The notes beneath the pieces are model-generated. The model saw nothing but the letters and a program-made list of their open reading frames with translations, ran no database searches and was not told the DNA's origin. From an uncultured Clostridia bacterium (GTDB lineage Bacteria > Bacillota > Clostridia > Christensenellales > Borkfalkiaceae), in NCBI GenBank assembly GCA_944363645.1, contig CALVUR010000005.1:31273-95272 (forward strand): a stretch of 64,000 nt of DNA. Direction: 5' to 3'. Position 1 is the stretch's first letter; each line of letters starts with the position of its first letter. The position numbers and the translations under genes were made by a program. Positions 35,617 through 45,674 of the stretch are shown in pieces.

Positions 35617-37431
35617 TTAACCTTTGCTGATTGCGCCGAATTTACAATTTTGTAAGCAAGCACCACATTTAACGCATTTTTCTTTATCGATTGCGAAAGA
35701 TGCAAGTTTATGTGATGGTGCGATATAATCGGTTCTTACAATTGCGCTTGCAGGACAGTTTCTTGCACACATACCGCAACCGATACATTTATCTTTATCG
35801 ATTTTGAAGTTAAGTAACTTTTTACATACGCCAGCAGGACATGTTTTATCAACAACATGAGCAATATATTCATCCCTAAAGTAGCGTAAAGTTGCCAAAA
35901 CTGGGTTTGGTGCAGTTTGACCTAAACCGCAAAGTGAGTTTGCTTTTATGTAATGGCAAAGTTTTTCCATTTTATCAAGGTCTTCAAGTGTTGCAGTACC
36001 ATCGGTAACCTTTGTTAAAAGTTCTAACAAACGTTTGTTACCGATACGGCAAGGTGTACACTTACCGCATGATTCGTCAACGGTAAATTCAAGGAAGAAT
36101 TTAGCGATGTCTACCATACAGTTGTCTTCGTCCATAACGATTAAACCGCCTGAACCCATCATTGAACCGATTGCAACCAAGTTGTCGTAATCGATTGGGG
36201 TATCTAAGTGTTCAGCTGGGATACAACCGCCAGATGGACCACCTGTTTGTGCTGCTTTAAACTTTTTACCGTTAGGAATACCGCCGCCGATATCTTCAAT
36301 AACGGTCCTTAAGGTTGTACCCATAGGAATTTCAACTAAACCTGTGTTTACAATCTTACCGCCTAAAGCGAATACCTTTGTACCTTTACTCTTTTCAGTA
36401 CCCATTGAAGCAAACCAATCTGCGCCCTTTAAGATGATTTGGCAGATGTTTGCGTAAGTTTCAACGTTGTTTAATAAGGTTGGTTTACCAAACAAACCTT
36501 TGTTTGCTGGGAATGGTGGACGTGGACGAGGTTCACCACGTTTACCTTCGATAGATGTCATTAAGGCTGTTTCTTCACCGCATACGAATGCGCCAGCACC
36601 CAAACGAACTTCCAAGTTAAACTTAAAGCCTGTACCTAAAATGTTGTCGCCAAGTAAGCCATATTCGTTTGCTTGCTTGATTGCAACTTGTAATCTGTGT
36701 ACAGCGATTGGGTATTCAGCACGAACATATACATAACCTTGATTTGAACCAACTGCGTAAGCAGCGATTGTCATTGCTTCAATTACGGCATGTGGATCGC
36801 CTTCTAAAATAGACCTATCCATGAATGCGCCTGGGTCGCCTTCGTCTGCGTTACAGCAAACATATTTAACATCGCCAACAGCATCTTTAGTGAATTGCCA
36901 CTTTCTGCCCGTTGGGAAGCCTGCGCCACCACGACCACGTAAGCCTGATTTTAAAACTACATCAATAACTTCTTGTGGGGACATTGATGTAAGTACTTTA
37001 ATAAGTGCTTGATAGCCGTCATAAGCAATGTATTCATCAATATTTTCAGGGTCGATTACACCACAGTTTCTTAATGCAACCCTGGTTTGTTTCTTATAAA
37101 AGTTAGTTTCAGATAGTGCAGAAACTTTGTGGTCGGCTGTTTCGTGGTCATCTTTATGTAATAATCTTTCAACAATACGGCCCTTTACTAAGTGTTCTTC
37201 AACGATTTCCTTAACATCTTCTACTGTAATTTTGCAGTAGAATGCGCCTTCTGGATAAACGATAACAACGGGACCAACTGCGCAAAGACCAAAACAACCT
37301 GTTTGTACGGTCATAACATCTTCTTCAAGATTGTTAGCCTTGATTTGTGCATTAAATTCTTCTAAAATTTTTGCACTGTTATTTGAATGGCAACCTGTAC
37401 CACCACATACTAAAACATGACTTCTAAACAT
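35617..37431 (-). CDS. hydB: NuoF-like flavoprotein subunit HydB
   Basis: N-terminal thioredoxin-like 2Fe-2S, GRGGAGFPTGRKW FMN site, and C-terminal two CxxCxxCxxxCP ferredoxin motifs. Confidence 0.9.
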   Translation of the reverse strand: MFRSHVLVCGGTGCHSNNSAKILEEFNAQIKANNLEEDVMTVQTGCFGLCAVGPVVIVYPEGAFYCKITVEDVKEIVEEHLVKGRIVERLLHKDDHETADHKVSALSETNFYKKQTRVALRNCGVIDPENIDEYIAYDGYQALIKVLTSMSPQEVIDVVLKSGLRGRGGAGFPTGRKWQFTKDAVGDVKYVCCNADEGDPGAFMDRSILEGDPHAVIEAMTIAAYAVGSNQGYVYVRAEYPIAVHRLQVAIKQANEYGLLGDNILGTGFKFNLEVRLGAGAFVCGEETALMTSIEGKRGEPRPRPPFPANKGLFGKPTLLNNVETYANICQIILKGADWFASMGTEKSKGTKVFALGGKIVNTGLVEIPMGTTLRTVIEDIGGGIPNGKKFKAAQTGGPSGGCIPAEHLDTPIDYDNLVAIGSMMGSGGLIVMDEDNCMVDIAKFFLEFTVDESCGKCTPCRIGNKRLLELLTKVTDGTATLEDLDKMEKLCHYIKANSLCGLGQTAPNPVLATLRYFRDEYIAHVVDKTCPAGVCKKLLNFKIDKDKCIGCGMCARNCPASAIVRTDYIAPSHKLASFAIDKEKCVKCGACLQNCKFGAISKG

Positions 37432-37446
37432 ATCTTTTTACCTCAA

Positions 37447-37818
37447 TTATTCCTCACTACCTACTAAATATTCGGTGCAAACTTTGCCGTTTACCAAGTG
37501 GTTGACAACAATGTTAACTGCCTTTTCTGGTGTAACGTGGCAGTAAGTAACCTTTTCTTGATTGGGAACGTAAACTTCAACAATTGGCTCTAACTTGCAC
37601 ATGCCAAGACAGCCTGTCCTTGCGATTTTTACGTTTTTAAGGTTTCTTTTTAACACTTCTTCTACTAATGCGTTATAAACAGGACGTGCGCCTGCTGATA
37701 TACCGCAAGTTGCCATGCCTACTACAACCCTTATTTCTTCTACGTCTTTGTTATCACGCATAATGATTTCAGATTGCATTTTTTCTCTTATTGCCTTGAT
37801 ATCGGCTATGCTTTTCAT
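37447..37818 (-). CDS. Thioredoxin-like [2Fe-2S] ferredoxin (HydD-like)
   Basis: 123 aa. Contains MATCGISAGARPV...TGCLGMCKLEPIV. Confidence 0.8.
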   Translation of the reverse strand: MKSIADIKAIREKMQSEIIMRDNKDVEEIRVVVGMATCGISAGARPVYNALVEEVLKRNLKNVKIARTGCLGMCKLEPIVEVYVPNQEKVTYCHVTPEKAVNIVVNHLVNGKVCTEYLVGSEE

Positions 37819-38363
37819 AATGAAACACCTCTATAATCTGTTTTTATATTTTCCTTTATCATATCACGCAAAAATACAAGTATTTCTGGCGTGTTTATCG
37901 GTATATTTTCAAGTTCCTTTCTAACAAGCCTTGTGTCAAGTGTAAAATCTTGACCGAACGCTTCATAGTAAAACACTAAATCGCTTCCTTCAAGGTTGCC
38001 TATCATAGAAACTATCGTTTCGGCAATGTCGCCAAGGGGCGGTCTATCTAAATGATCGACCAAAAATGTTGCCGTAACTACTGTACCTTTCCCCTTTTCA
38101 GAGGTAATGTGGAAGTTACCACCACTTTGCTCTGCCACCATTTTAAATAACGGTATACCCATACCAACCTTTCTTGTGGTGCGAGTTGTGGTGTATGGAT
38201 CAACTACCCTTTTTAAAAAGTCTTCATCCATACCACAACCATTGTCTTTTATGGTGATTGTAAGCAGATTTTCCTTTTGAACAATGGAAATTTCAACCAA
38301 TGTCGCCTTTGCTTTAAAGGAATTTTCTGCAATGTCCAATACGTTTAGCGAAAGTTCTCTCAT
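37815..38363 (-). CDS. GHKL/HATPase_c ATP-binding protein
   Basis: SLNVLDIAENS...DNGCGMDEDF...GMGIPLFK N, G1 and G2 boxes. There is no sensor or DHp domain. 4-nt overlaps with both neighbours. Confidence 0.75.
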   Translation of the reverse strand: MRELSLNVLDIAENSFKAKATLVEISIVQKENLLTITIKDNGCGMDEDFLKRVVDPYTTTRTTRKVGMGIPLFKMVAEQSGGNFHITSEKGKGTVVTATFLVDHLDRPPLGDIAETIVSMIGNLEGSDLVFYYEAFGQDFTLDTRLVRKELENIPINTPEILVFLRDMIKENIKTDYRGVSL

Positions 38364-39055
38364 GATTTCAAATATTTTATAAGTGCTTTCGCACTGTTTT
38401 CGGGTAGTTCAAGCACATTTTCGCCCTCGCCATTAGCAATATCAAGTAGCGTATGTGCGTCGGAATCGATAATTACCTTATATTTTTTGCGGTATCTTTC
38501 AATTTCGCTTTTTGTTACCCGTTTTGAAAGTTCAACCACATTAAATTCCTTTGTTACGCAACCTAAAATGGCAATCATACCATTTTCATCACGGTCAATG
38601 TGGGCAGGAATTGCAATGCCGTTAAACCTATCTGCAAGTTCTTTTACATCAGTACAAGAGATTTTTGAAGCATTTAATAAAAGCCTTGTTTCTTCGCCGA
38701 TAATTTGGTCTTCTTCGTCAAACAAAAGTTGGTTACCAAAGATATCTGGCTTGTTTTTTATATCGATAAACTCGATACTGTCATAAAAGCCTTTTAAACC
38801 TTCAATGCTTTCAAATAAGCACAAAATATGAATGTCTTCTGCCGTCTGTAACTCAATACCCGGAACGACTGTAACGCCAAAAGATTCACCTATTTTTTGA
38901 GCCGTTTCGATATTGCCGATTGAGTTGTGGTCAGCAATAGCAATCATATCTAAATCGTTCAATTTTGCAAAACCGACTATGTTGCAGGGTGTCATATCAT
39001 TTTCAGCACACGGCGACAATCCGCTGTGTATGTGAAAATCATATTTGACCTTCAT
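38360..39055 (-). CDS. PHP-domain phosphoesterase
   Basis: DFHIHSGLSPCA...IAIADHNS...PAHIDR...DSDAH metal-binding His/Asp pattern. Confidence 0.75.
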   Translation of the reverse strand: MKVKYDFHIHSGLSPCAENDMTPCNIVGFAKLNDLDMIAIADHNSIGNIETAQKIGESFGVTVVPGIELQTAEDIHILCLFESIEGLKGFYDSIEFIDIKNKPDIFGNQLLFDEEDQIIGEETRLLLNASKISCTDVKELADRFNGIAIPAHIDRDENGMIAILGCVTKEFNVVELSKRVTKSEIERYRKKYKVIIDSDAHTLLDIANGEGENVLELPENSAKALIKYLKS

Positions 39056-39371
39056 TTACCACCATTTTTATCGCAGTAAAGATGTCTTTGTCGGTTAAAA
39101 TCATATTTATACCCTGCTGTTTTGCCTTTTCTTTAACGCCGTCCATGGGCTGGCTGTTTTCACAAATTACAACGCAACCACAATCGGCAAGTGTGGCAAC
39201 CGCACAAACATTTATGTTTGTCATTACGGTAAACCAAGCCGAATCTTGCGGGGCTTTACCCATAACAAAACTGAGTAAATCACCAGCATAGCCACTTGTA
39301 ATTTTTCTATCATAATCGGCAATATTGACTTCGGTTGCCGACAAAATTTTACAAAGGTCTTTTACAGTCAT
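39039..39371 (-). CDS. DRTGG-domain protein
   Basis: 110 aa. Contains ...SGYAGDLLSFVM...VATLADCGCVVICE..., as in hydrogenase-linked DRTGG proteins. Confidence 0.6.
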   Translation of the reverse strand: MTVKDLCKILSATEVNIADYDRKITSGYAGDLLSFVMGKAPQDSAWFTVMTNINVCAVATLADCGCVVICENSQPMDGVKEKAKQQGINMILTDKDIFTAIKMVVNEGQI

Positions 39372-39380
39372 ATTACCCCC

Positions 39381-40628
39381 TTACTTTTTGCGTTCAAGTT
39401 GGGGACAAACTGCATCGCTTGGAAGGTTGCCAAACACCACGTCTTCACAAAAAGCACGGCAACTTGGCGCACCACACAGTCCGCAGTCTATCTGTGGCAA
39501 GGTTTTATACATTTCTTGCACGGCAAGTAGTTTGGAAAAGGCTGTTGCCCTATCTAAACTTGGTGCAAAATTTTCATCGTCTTCTTTTTCCGTTAAATAG
39601 TAATCTGCTGGCTTGCCGGTATCCGCCAAAGAATTGGCAATTTGTGGGAATCTTACACGCAAATTTCTTATCCTTGCCTTTGCGACAAATGGGTTTTCTA
39701 CATTAAGTACCCCACCTACGCAACCACCTGTACAGGCATTTAACTCGATAAACTCAATCTCGTTAAGCGTACCGTTTTCAACAGATTCTAAAATGTGGAT
39801 ACAGTTTTCAATGCCGTCAGCAGCAAGGTATTTGCCACGCATTGCAGCAGCGGCTTCACCACCACTTGACGCCCATTGTAAACCTGTTACGCCCATCTTA
39901 CTTAAATTTTCAGGGCTGTTTATAAGTTTCATTACGGGTAAAAGTTTCATGTAAACTTCGCCCGAAGATAAAACGCCGTCAATATAGGGCTTTTTTACGC
40001 CCATACCCGATTTTATTGCATACACCTTTGCCGGGCATGGCGATATGAAAAATACGCCAATTTCTTCGTCCTTATACCCGCGTTTTCTCGCCTTTTCACG
40101 TGCAAGTTTTGCAGTGATATCAACTGGCGGTAAAACCTTTAATAAATGCTCTTTTAAATTTGCAAAGCGTGCATAAATAAGCTCTAAAACGGCTGGACAA
40201 GCCGTGCTTATTACGGGTTTTGGTAAATTTTCTTTGTTAAGTAGTATCCTTGTTGCTAAAGTGTTAAGCTCTGCCCCACGCCCCACTTCAAAAACTTCGT
40301 CAAAGCCAAGACGCTTTAAGCCGTCAAGCACATAATTTACATCAGTCAAGTTGTTAAATTGACCGTAAAATGAGGGGGCTGGCATTACGATTTTGTACTT
40401 GTATTTTGGATCATTTACAACATCAAATTTATCGTAACTTGTGATTTTTGCATGCTGTGGACAAAGCCTTACACATTCGCCACAGCCAATGCATTTTTCG
40501 TACATTACGCTTGCTTTACCGTCCCTTACACGTATTGCTTCGGTGGGACAACGTTTCATACAAGTAACACAACCTTTGCATTTTGTGTAATCCAAGGTTA
40601 CCGTGTTTAGTCTTTTTAGCTCACTCAT
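39381..40628 (-). CDS. HydS-like putative sensory [FeFe]-hydrogenase homologue (no PAS domain)
   Basis: Start at ATG 40628 (or TTG 40649). Two ferredoxin motifs (CKGCVTCMKRCP, CIGCGECVRLCP). Degenerate H-cluster motifs STACPAV, SPCPAKVYA and NACTGGCVGG. C-terminal CGLCGAPSCRAFC. Confidence 0.8.
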   Translation of the reverse strand: MSELKRLNTVTLDYTKCKGCVTCMKRCPTEAIRVRDGKASVMYEKCIGCGECVRLCPQHAKITSYDKFDVVNDPKYKYKIVMPAPSFYGQFNNLTDVNYVLDGLKRLGFDEVFEVGRGAELNTLATRILLNKENLPKPVISTACPAVLELIYARFANLKEHLLKVLPPVDITAKLAREKARKRGYKDEEIGVFFISPCPAKVYAIKSGMGVKKPYIDGVLSSGEVYMKLLPVMKLINSPENLSKMGVTGLQWASSGGEAAAAMRGKYLAADGIENCIHILESVENGTLNEIEFIELNACTGGCVGGVLNVENPFVAKARIRNLRVRFPQIANSLADTGKPADYYLTEKEDDENFAPSLDRATAFSKLLAVQEMYKTLPQIDCGLCGAPSCRAFCEDVVFGNLPSDAVCPQLERKK

Positions 40629-40682
40629 ATTTCCCTTACCATTTTTCAAGCAACCATTAATTTAGCGATAACTTATCGCCAA

Positions 40683-41129
40683 CTAACTAAAATTAGTAAC
40701 TAATGTTACTTTTGTCCCCTTACCTACTTCACTTTCAATAATGCACTCGTCAGCGTACTTTTTCATGTTAGGAAGTCCCATGCCTGCACCAAAACCGAGC
40801 GCACGCACTTCGTCCGACGCCGTCGAGTACCCCGGTTGCATTGCAAGTTCTATATCCGCAATACCTTTACCGGTGTCCACAAGCGTAATTATACATTTAT
40901 CAACGTAAATATCCGCATAGGCATATCCGCCGTTTGCGTGTATTACCATATTTATCTCACCTTCGTACATGGCGATTGCAACCCTTCTTACATCCTTTGG
41001 GTCTACACCCATGTTTTTTAAAAAGGATTTTACACTTTCTGTTGCCGTGCCTGCTGATACAAAGTTGTTGCCGTCAACACGGTACTCAAGATGTACGCAT
41101 TCTGCCATATCAATAACCACCCGGGACAA
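40683..41129 (-). CDS. Anti-sigma-factor-type serine kinase (HATPase_c only)
   Basis: 148 aa with an SpoIIAB/RsbW-like layout. Contains ...EGEINMVIHA...DTGKGI...GFGAGMGLPNMKK. Confidence 0.7.
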   Translation of the reverse strand: MSRVVIDMAECVHLEYRVDGNNFVSAGTATESVKSFLKNMGVDPKDVRRVAIAMYEGEINMVIHANGGYAYADIYVDKCIITLVDTGKGIADIELAMQPGYSTASDEVRALGFGAGMGLPNMKKYADECIIESEVGKGTKVTLVTNFS

Positions 41130-41457
41130 GCCCTGCTTGATAAAGTTTACCGCACGCCGAAAACATTCGCCTTGGCGTTGAAATAAGCACTATCTCCCTT
41201 TCTTTTGCAAGCTCAATCATTTCTTCGGTCGGCATTTTTCCACGTACGAAAATTATACAAAGCATGTCCATCATTACTGCCGTTCTTATAACTTGGGGAT
41301 TGCAAAGCCCTGTGATTAGCACTGCTTGGTCCTTTGCGTAAGCCAAAACATCACTCATCATATCAGATCCACATGCAGAAATTACTTCCCTGTCCTTGAA
41401 TTCTTCACAGCAAAGTATTGTGCCTTCTAATATTTGTGCGGCTTGAGATATTTTCAT
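41110..41457 (-). CDS. DRTGG-domain protein
   Basis: 115 aa. Contains CGSDMMSDVLAYAKDQAVLITGLCNPQVIRTA... Confidence 0.65.
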   Translation of the reverse strand: MKISQAAQILEGTILCCEEFKDREVISACGSDMMSDVLAYAKDQAVLITGLCNPQVIRTAVMMDMLCIIFVRGKMPTEEMIELAKEREIVLISTPRRMFSACGKLYQAGLVPGGY

Positions 41458-41477
41458 GACGAACCCTCCGCTTTGTT

Positions 41478-41966
41478 TTAGTTGAATTTTGCAAGTATAC
41501 CTGCTACGTCTTTTGCGGTGATTCTACCAAAAACTTCATCATTGATTGTCATAACGGGTGCTAAACCACAGCAACCGATACAACGTGTTGCATCAAGTGA
41601 GAATTTTTTGTCGGGGGTAACTTCACCATTGCCGATGCCAAGTATTTTTGAGATTTCATCAAATACTTCGCCCGAACCTTTTACGTAGCATGCTGTACCT
41701 AAGCATACTGCAACTTGATATTTTCCCTTTGGATACAAAGAGAATTGAGAATAGAACGTTGCTACCCCATAAACTTCAGATAAAGGTACGTTGAACGCTT
41801 CGGCTATCATAACCTGTACTTCTTTTGGTAAATAGCCGTAAATTTCCTGCGCCTTTTGAAGTGCAGGCATTAAACCGCCGGGAACTTTAACAAGTTCAGC
41901 AAGTTCTTTTTTAAGTTGTAGTTCTTGCTCTGGCGTGCCGTCAAAGGGTATAACGATTTTTTTCAT
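41478..41966 (-). CDS. hydC: NuoE-like [2Fe-2S] subunit HydC
   Basis: 162 aa. Contains CLGTACYVKG...CIGCCGLAPV, the thioredoxin-like 2Fe-2S motif. Confidence 0.88.
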   Translation of the reverse strand: MKKIVIPFDGTPEQELQLKKELAELVKVPGGLMPALQKAQEIYGYLPKEVQVMIAEAFNVPLSEVYGVATFYSQFSLYPKGKYQVAVCLGTACYVKGSGEVFDEISKILGIGNGEVTPDKKFSLDATRCIGCCGLAPVMTINDEVFGRITAKDVAGILAKFN

Positions 41967-42038
41967 AATTCCTCCGTTTTTTTAAAAAACAAATAATAAA
42001 AATATTTTTAGCGTATTAACATAAATACATCACGACTT

Positions 42039-42067
42039 ATTATATCATGGAAACCACATTGTGTCAA
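42039..42067 (-). promoter_or_regulatory. Promoter of hydrogenase operon
   Basis: Minus strand reads TTGACA-17 nt-TATAAT with TG at -15/-14. Confidence 0.6.
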
Positions 42068-42163
42068 TACCGATTTTTAAAATTATTCTTTAAAAGGGAC
42101 AAAAAAATTTAACACTGTCTAAAAAATTGCTAAAATTTGCCACTTTTTTAAGCAAAAAATAAT

Positions 42164-42200
42164 AAAAAGTGGGGCTATAAGCCCGTTATCGCACATTTTT
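42164..42200 (+). repeat. Dispersed repeat copy 2 (orientation A)
   Basis: aaaaaGTGGGGCTATAAGCCCGTTATCGCACAttttt. Confidence 0.9.
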
Positions 42201-42285
42201 GAATTAAAAATAAATTTTTCTTTTTCACAACAATTTCGAAAATTACAATATTTTAAAAATTGTGAAAATACACATTAAATTTATG

Positions 42286-42322
42286 AAAAAGTCCGCCTAT
42301 AAGCCCGTTATCGCAATTTTTT
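42286..42322 (+). repeat. Dispersed repeat copy 3 (orientation A)
   Basis: aaaaaGTCCGCCTATAAGCCCGTTATCGCAAtttttt. Confidence 0.9.
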
Positions 42323-42325
42323 AAC

Positions 42326-42355
42326 AAAAAAAGATGGACCTATATCGTCCATCTT
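42326..42355 (-). terminator. Terminator downstream of hisS
   Basis: AAGATGGAC-loop-GTCCATCTT flanked by A and T runs. Confidence 0.7.
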
Positions 42356-42449
42356 AATTTTTTATTTAAATTTGTATAATATCAAAATTGTGAATTATTT
42401 TTCATATTTCTACATGCAAAAAACCATTAAATCATCAACGCTTTAACCA

Positions 42450-43691
42450 TTAAAATCTTGTCAACAAATCGTTGATTGCGATTTTTTCGGTTGAGCCGTC
42501 GCTCATCTTTTTAAGCGTTACAAAGCCTTCGTTTAATTCACTTTCGCCTATTGTTGCAACATATTCTGCCTTAATTTTATCAGAATATTTAAACTGTGCT
42601 TTTATGCTTCTATCCATGTGGTCAAGGTCGGCGTGTACACCTTTTTGTCTTAAAGCAGAAACAATTTGGAAAGCCTTTTTATAGGCTTCGTCGCCTAAGG
42701 TTGCGACAAAAAGTTTGCAAGGTGCTGGTTCTTTAATTTCAATGCCTTTTGCTTCCATAAGCATTAAAATACGTTCAAGTCCCATACCAAAGCCTGCGCC
42801 TGCAACATCACCACCGCCAAGTTGTTTGATTAAGTTATCATATCTACCACCACCGCAAACTGTGCCTTGTGAGCCTAAGTCGGTTGTGATAAATTCGAAA
42901 ACAGTTTTTGTGTAATAATCTAATCCCCTAACGATAAGTGGGTTTACATTGTATTCTAAAGCAGCGACGTCCAATAATGTCTTTAATTTTTCAAAGTGAG
43001 CCCTACAATCATCGCAAAGATAATCTGTAATCATTGGGGCTGATTTTACAAGTTCTTTACATGTATCAACTTTACAGTCCAAAATTCTTAAAGGATTTTT
43101 TTCGTAACGGGTTTGGCATGTTTCGCAAAGGTTATCATAATTATCTTTAAGATATTCTTTAAGTGCATTGTTGTAATCTTTACGGCATTTTTCACAGCCC
43201 ATGCTGTTGATGTTTAACTTAACGTTTAGTCCAAGTTTGGTCAAAACGGTATAGGCAAGCAAAATAACTTCTGCATCGATATCAGCACCCTTTGCACCGT
43301 AAAATTCCACACCAAACTGATGGTGTTCACGCAGTCTGCCGGCTTGCGGTCTTTCATAACGAAAAACAGGCGTGATGTAATACATTTTTAATGGCATTGC
43401 ACGGTTTTGCAAACCGTTTTCGATAAATGAACGAGCAACACCTGCTGTGCCTTCTGGCTTTAAAGTAATGCTACGTTTACCCTTATCTTCAAATGTATAC
43501 ATTTCTTTATTTACGATGTCAGTAGTATCGCCTACGCCACGTAAAAACAATTCAGTATGTTCAAAAGTAGGTGTTCTAATTTCTTCAGCACCAAAATTTT
43601 TTGCAACCTTTCTTACAATATCTTCAACGTAGTGCCACTTATATGATTCAAATGGTAATACGTCTTTTGTACCTTTGGGAATATTTATCAT
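42450..43691 (-). CDS. hisS: Histidine--tRNA ligase
   Basis: 413 aa. Contains PKGTKDVLP...FRYERPQAGRLREHHQFGVE...GGGRYD class II motifs. Confidence 0.92.
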   Translation of the reverse strand: MINIPKGTKDVLPFESYKWHYVEDIVRKVAKNFGAEEIRTPTFEHTELFLRGVGDTTDIVNKEMYTFEDKGKRSITLKPEGTAGVARSFIENGLQNRAMPLKMYYITPVFRYERPQAGRLREHHQFGVEFYGAKGADIDAEVILLAYTVLTKLGLNVKLNINSMGCEKCRKDYNNALKEYLKDNYDNLCETCQTRYEKNPLRILDCKVDTCKELVKSAPMITDYLCDDCRAHFEKLKTLLDVAALEYNVNPLIVRGLDYYTKTVFEFITTDLGSQGTVCGGGRYDNLIKQLGGGDVAGAGFGMGLERILMLMEAKGIEIKEPAPCKLFVATLGDEAYKKAFQIVSALRQKGVHADLDHMDRSIKAQFKYSDKIKAEYVATIGESELNEGFVTLKKMSDGSTEKIAINDLLTRF

Positions 43692-43741
43692 AACTAACCC
43701 CTAAATAAATTTTTTAAGTATTTTTTACTGCAAAATTTTGT

Positions 43742-43779
43742 AAAAAAGTGGCGATAACGGGCTTATAGGCGGACTTTTT
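43742..43779 (-). repeat. Dispersed repeat copy 4 (orientation B)
   Basis: aaaaaaGTGGCGATAACGGGCTTATAGGCGGACttttt. Identical over 38 nt to copy 5. Confidence 0.9.
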
Positions 43780-43810
43780 GCTTTTAAGCCCATATTTTAC
43801 CACTTCTTTA

Positions 43811-45124
43811 TTATAAGATAAATTTCTTTAAATTACGCCTGCTTACCATGTCGGATAAGTGTTCGTCAACATACTTTTTATCGATGGTAAGATTGATAAC
43901 GGGATGTGTGCCGTCAGCGTTAAATGAGATATCTTCTAATAAATTTTCCATAATGGTATGAAGTCTTCTTGCGCCGATGTCTTCTTGTGTTGCGTTCATT
44001 TCAACGCAGAGTTCAGCAATTTCTTCAATGGCGTCTTCACTAAAAGATAAATCGATATTATCAACAGCAAGCAAAGTTTTATATTGCTTTGTAAGTGCAT
44101 TTTCAGGAAGAGTTAAAATTCTTACAAAGTCTTCTTTTGTCAAACTTGAAAGTTCAACGATGATTGGGAAACGACCTTGAAGTTCTGGAATTAAATCTTC
44201 AACTTGAGAGATGTGGAAAGCACCTGCTGCGATAAATAAAATATAATCGGTTTTTACTGTGCCGTATTTGGTGTTTACTGTAGAGCCTTCAACGATAGGT
44301 AAAATATCACGTTGAACGCCTTCACGAGATACGTCAACACCGCTTGTCTTACCGCTTGCAGCAATTTTATCGATTTCGTCAATAAAGATAATGCCTTCTT
44401 GTTCAGCACGGCGAATACCTTCTTCTACAACATTGTCTTCGTCAATCAATTTTGATGCTTCTTCATCGATTAAGATTCTCATCGCCTCTTTAACGGTGAA
44501 TTTTCTCTTTTTCTTTTTGGGTGGCATAAAGCCGTCAAAAATAGAGCCTAAATTGATTTCTGTGCCAGAGCCGGGAACTAATTCCATACTCTTTGGTTGA
44601 TCGATAACTTCAATTTCGATAACGGTATCATTAAATTCGCCATTTTCAAAGCGTTTTTCGATATCGTCTTCAAACATTTTTTCCGGGGTTTCGCCCTTTT
44701 CGTTAGATAAAGTTGCTTTCAAACTTTTTAAAACGCTTTTTTTAGCGATTGCGGAGGCCTTTTGTGCAACTTCTTTTTTCATTTCTTCACGGACAAGCCT
44801 TACGCTGTATTCAACAAGATCACGAATCATAGATTCGCAGTCCCTACCAACATAACCAACTTCGGTAAACTTAGTTGCTTCAACCTTAACAAAAGGTGCT
44901 TTAACAAGTTTAGCAAGTCTTCTTGCGATTTCGGTTTTACCAACGCCGGTAGGACCTTTCATGATAATATTTTTTGGTGTGATTTCTTCTTGAGATTCAA
45001 TGGGCAAACGGCTTCTTCTGTAGCGGTTACGAAGTGCAACGGCTACTTCACGCTTTGCCTTGTCTTGACCGATAATATATTTATCTAATTCAGCAACAAT
45101 TTGCCTTGGTGATAGTTGGTTCAT
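43811..45124 (-). CDS. hslU: ATP-dependent protease ATPase subunit HslU
   Basis: [21 protein letters not shown]...[15 protein letters not shown]. Confidence 0.92.
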   Translation of the reverse strand: MNQLSPRQIVAELDKYIIGQDKAKREVAVALRNRYRRSRLPIESQEEITPKNIIMKGPTGVGKTEIARRLAKLVKAPFVKVEATKFTEVGYVGRDCESMIRDLVEYSVRLVREEMKKEVAQKASAIAKKSVLKSLKATLSNEKGETPEKMFEDDIEKRFENGEFNDTVIEIEVIDQPKSMELVPGSGTEINLGSIFDGFMPPKKKKRKFTVKEAMRILIDEEASKLIDEDNVVEEGIRRAEQEGIIFIDEIDKIAASGKTSGVDVSREGVQRDILPIVEGSTVNTKYGTVKTDYILFIAAGAFHISQVEDLIPELQGRFPIIVELSSLTKEDFVRILTLPENALTKQYKTLLAVDNIDLSFSEDAIEEIAELCVEMNATQEDIGARRLHTIMENLLEDISFNADGTHPVINLTIDKKYVDEHLSDMVSRRNLKKFIL

Positions 45125-45674
45125 CCTTGTCCTCCTCTACAGTTTCGCAACGGATATTACCGTTAGTAAAAATACAAATTTTACTTGCAATTTGTAAAGC
45201 CTTACGTGCGATTACGTCAGCAGTGTAATCGGTTTCTTCATATAAAGCACGTGCTGCCGCCAAAGCGTAATTACCACCACTACCGATTGCGCAAATGTTT
45301 TCGTCAGGCTCGATAACTTCGCCTGTGCCTGAAACAATTAAAAGTGTTGTTTTGTCTGCGCAAATCATCATAGCGTTAAGTTGCCTACCAACCTTATCAT
45401 TACGCCATAATTCAGCAAGTTCTACTGCGCTTCTTAAAAGGTTGCCAGAGTATTTATTGAGCATGCCTTCAAATCTTTCGCTTAAAGTAAAAGCATCAGA
45501 TACAGTACCAGCAAAACCAATAATTACGCTGTCATTATAAATTCTACGTACTTTAACTGCATTGTTTTTGAAAATTACATTTTCGCCAAAGGTAACTTGT
45601 CCGTCGCCAGCGATTGCAGTTAAACCATTTCTTTTAACGGCACAAATTGTTGTGCCTTTGAATTCGCTACTCAT
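45090..45674 (-). CDS. hslV: ATP-dependent protease subunit HslV
   Basis: [11 protein letters not shown]...AGDGQVT N-terminal Thr protease. The acidic C-terminal tail overlaps the hslU start by 35 nt. Confidence 0.9.
   Translation of the reverse strand: MSSEFKGTTICAVKRNGLTAIAGDGQVTFGENVIFKNNAVKVRRIYNDSVIIGFAGTVSDAFTLSERFEGMLNKYSGNLLRSAVELAELWRNDKVGRQLNAMMICADKTTLLIVSGTGEVIEPDENICAIGSGGNYALAAARALYEETDYTADVIARKALQIASKICIFTNGNIRCETVEEDKDEPTITKANCC

Noticed and set aside
42164-42200. TTATCGCAC(A) within the dispersed repeat as DnaA boxes / origin signal
   Set aside because: It has three mismatches to TTATCCACA when aligned without a gap. Copies are scattered over 20 kb and there is no dnaA/dnaN or AT-rich DUE context.
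43692-43810. Expected T-box leader upstream of hisS
   Set aside because: The gap to hslU is only 119 nt and is largely occupied by a dispersed-repeat copy. No specifier loop or T-box sequence is visible. hisS is probably co-transcribed or simply promoted.
45090-45124. 35-nt overlap of hslV 3' end with hslU start as a possible frameshift or fusion
   Set aside because: Both ORFs are full length with normal N-termini. The overlap only adds a short acidic tail to HslV, which is ordinary gene overlap.
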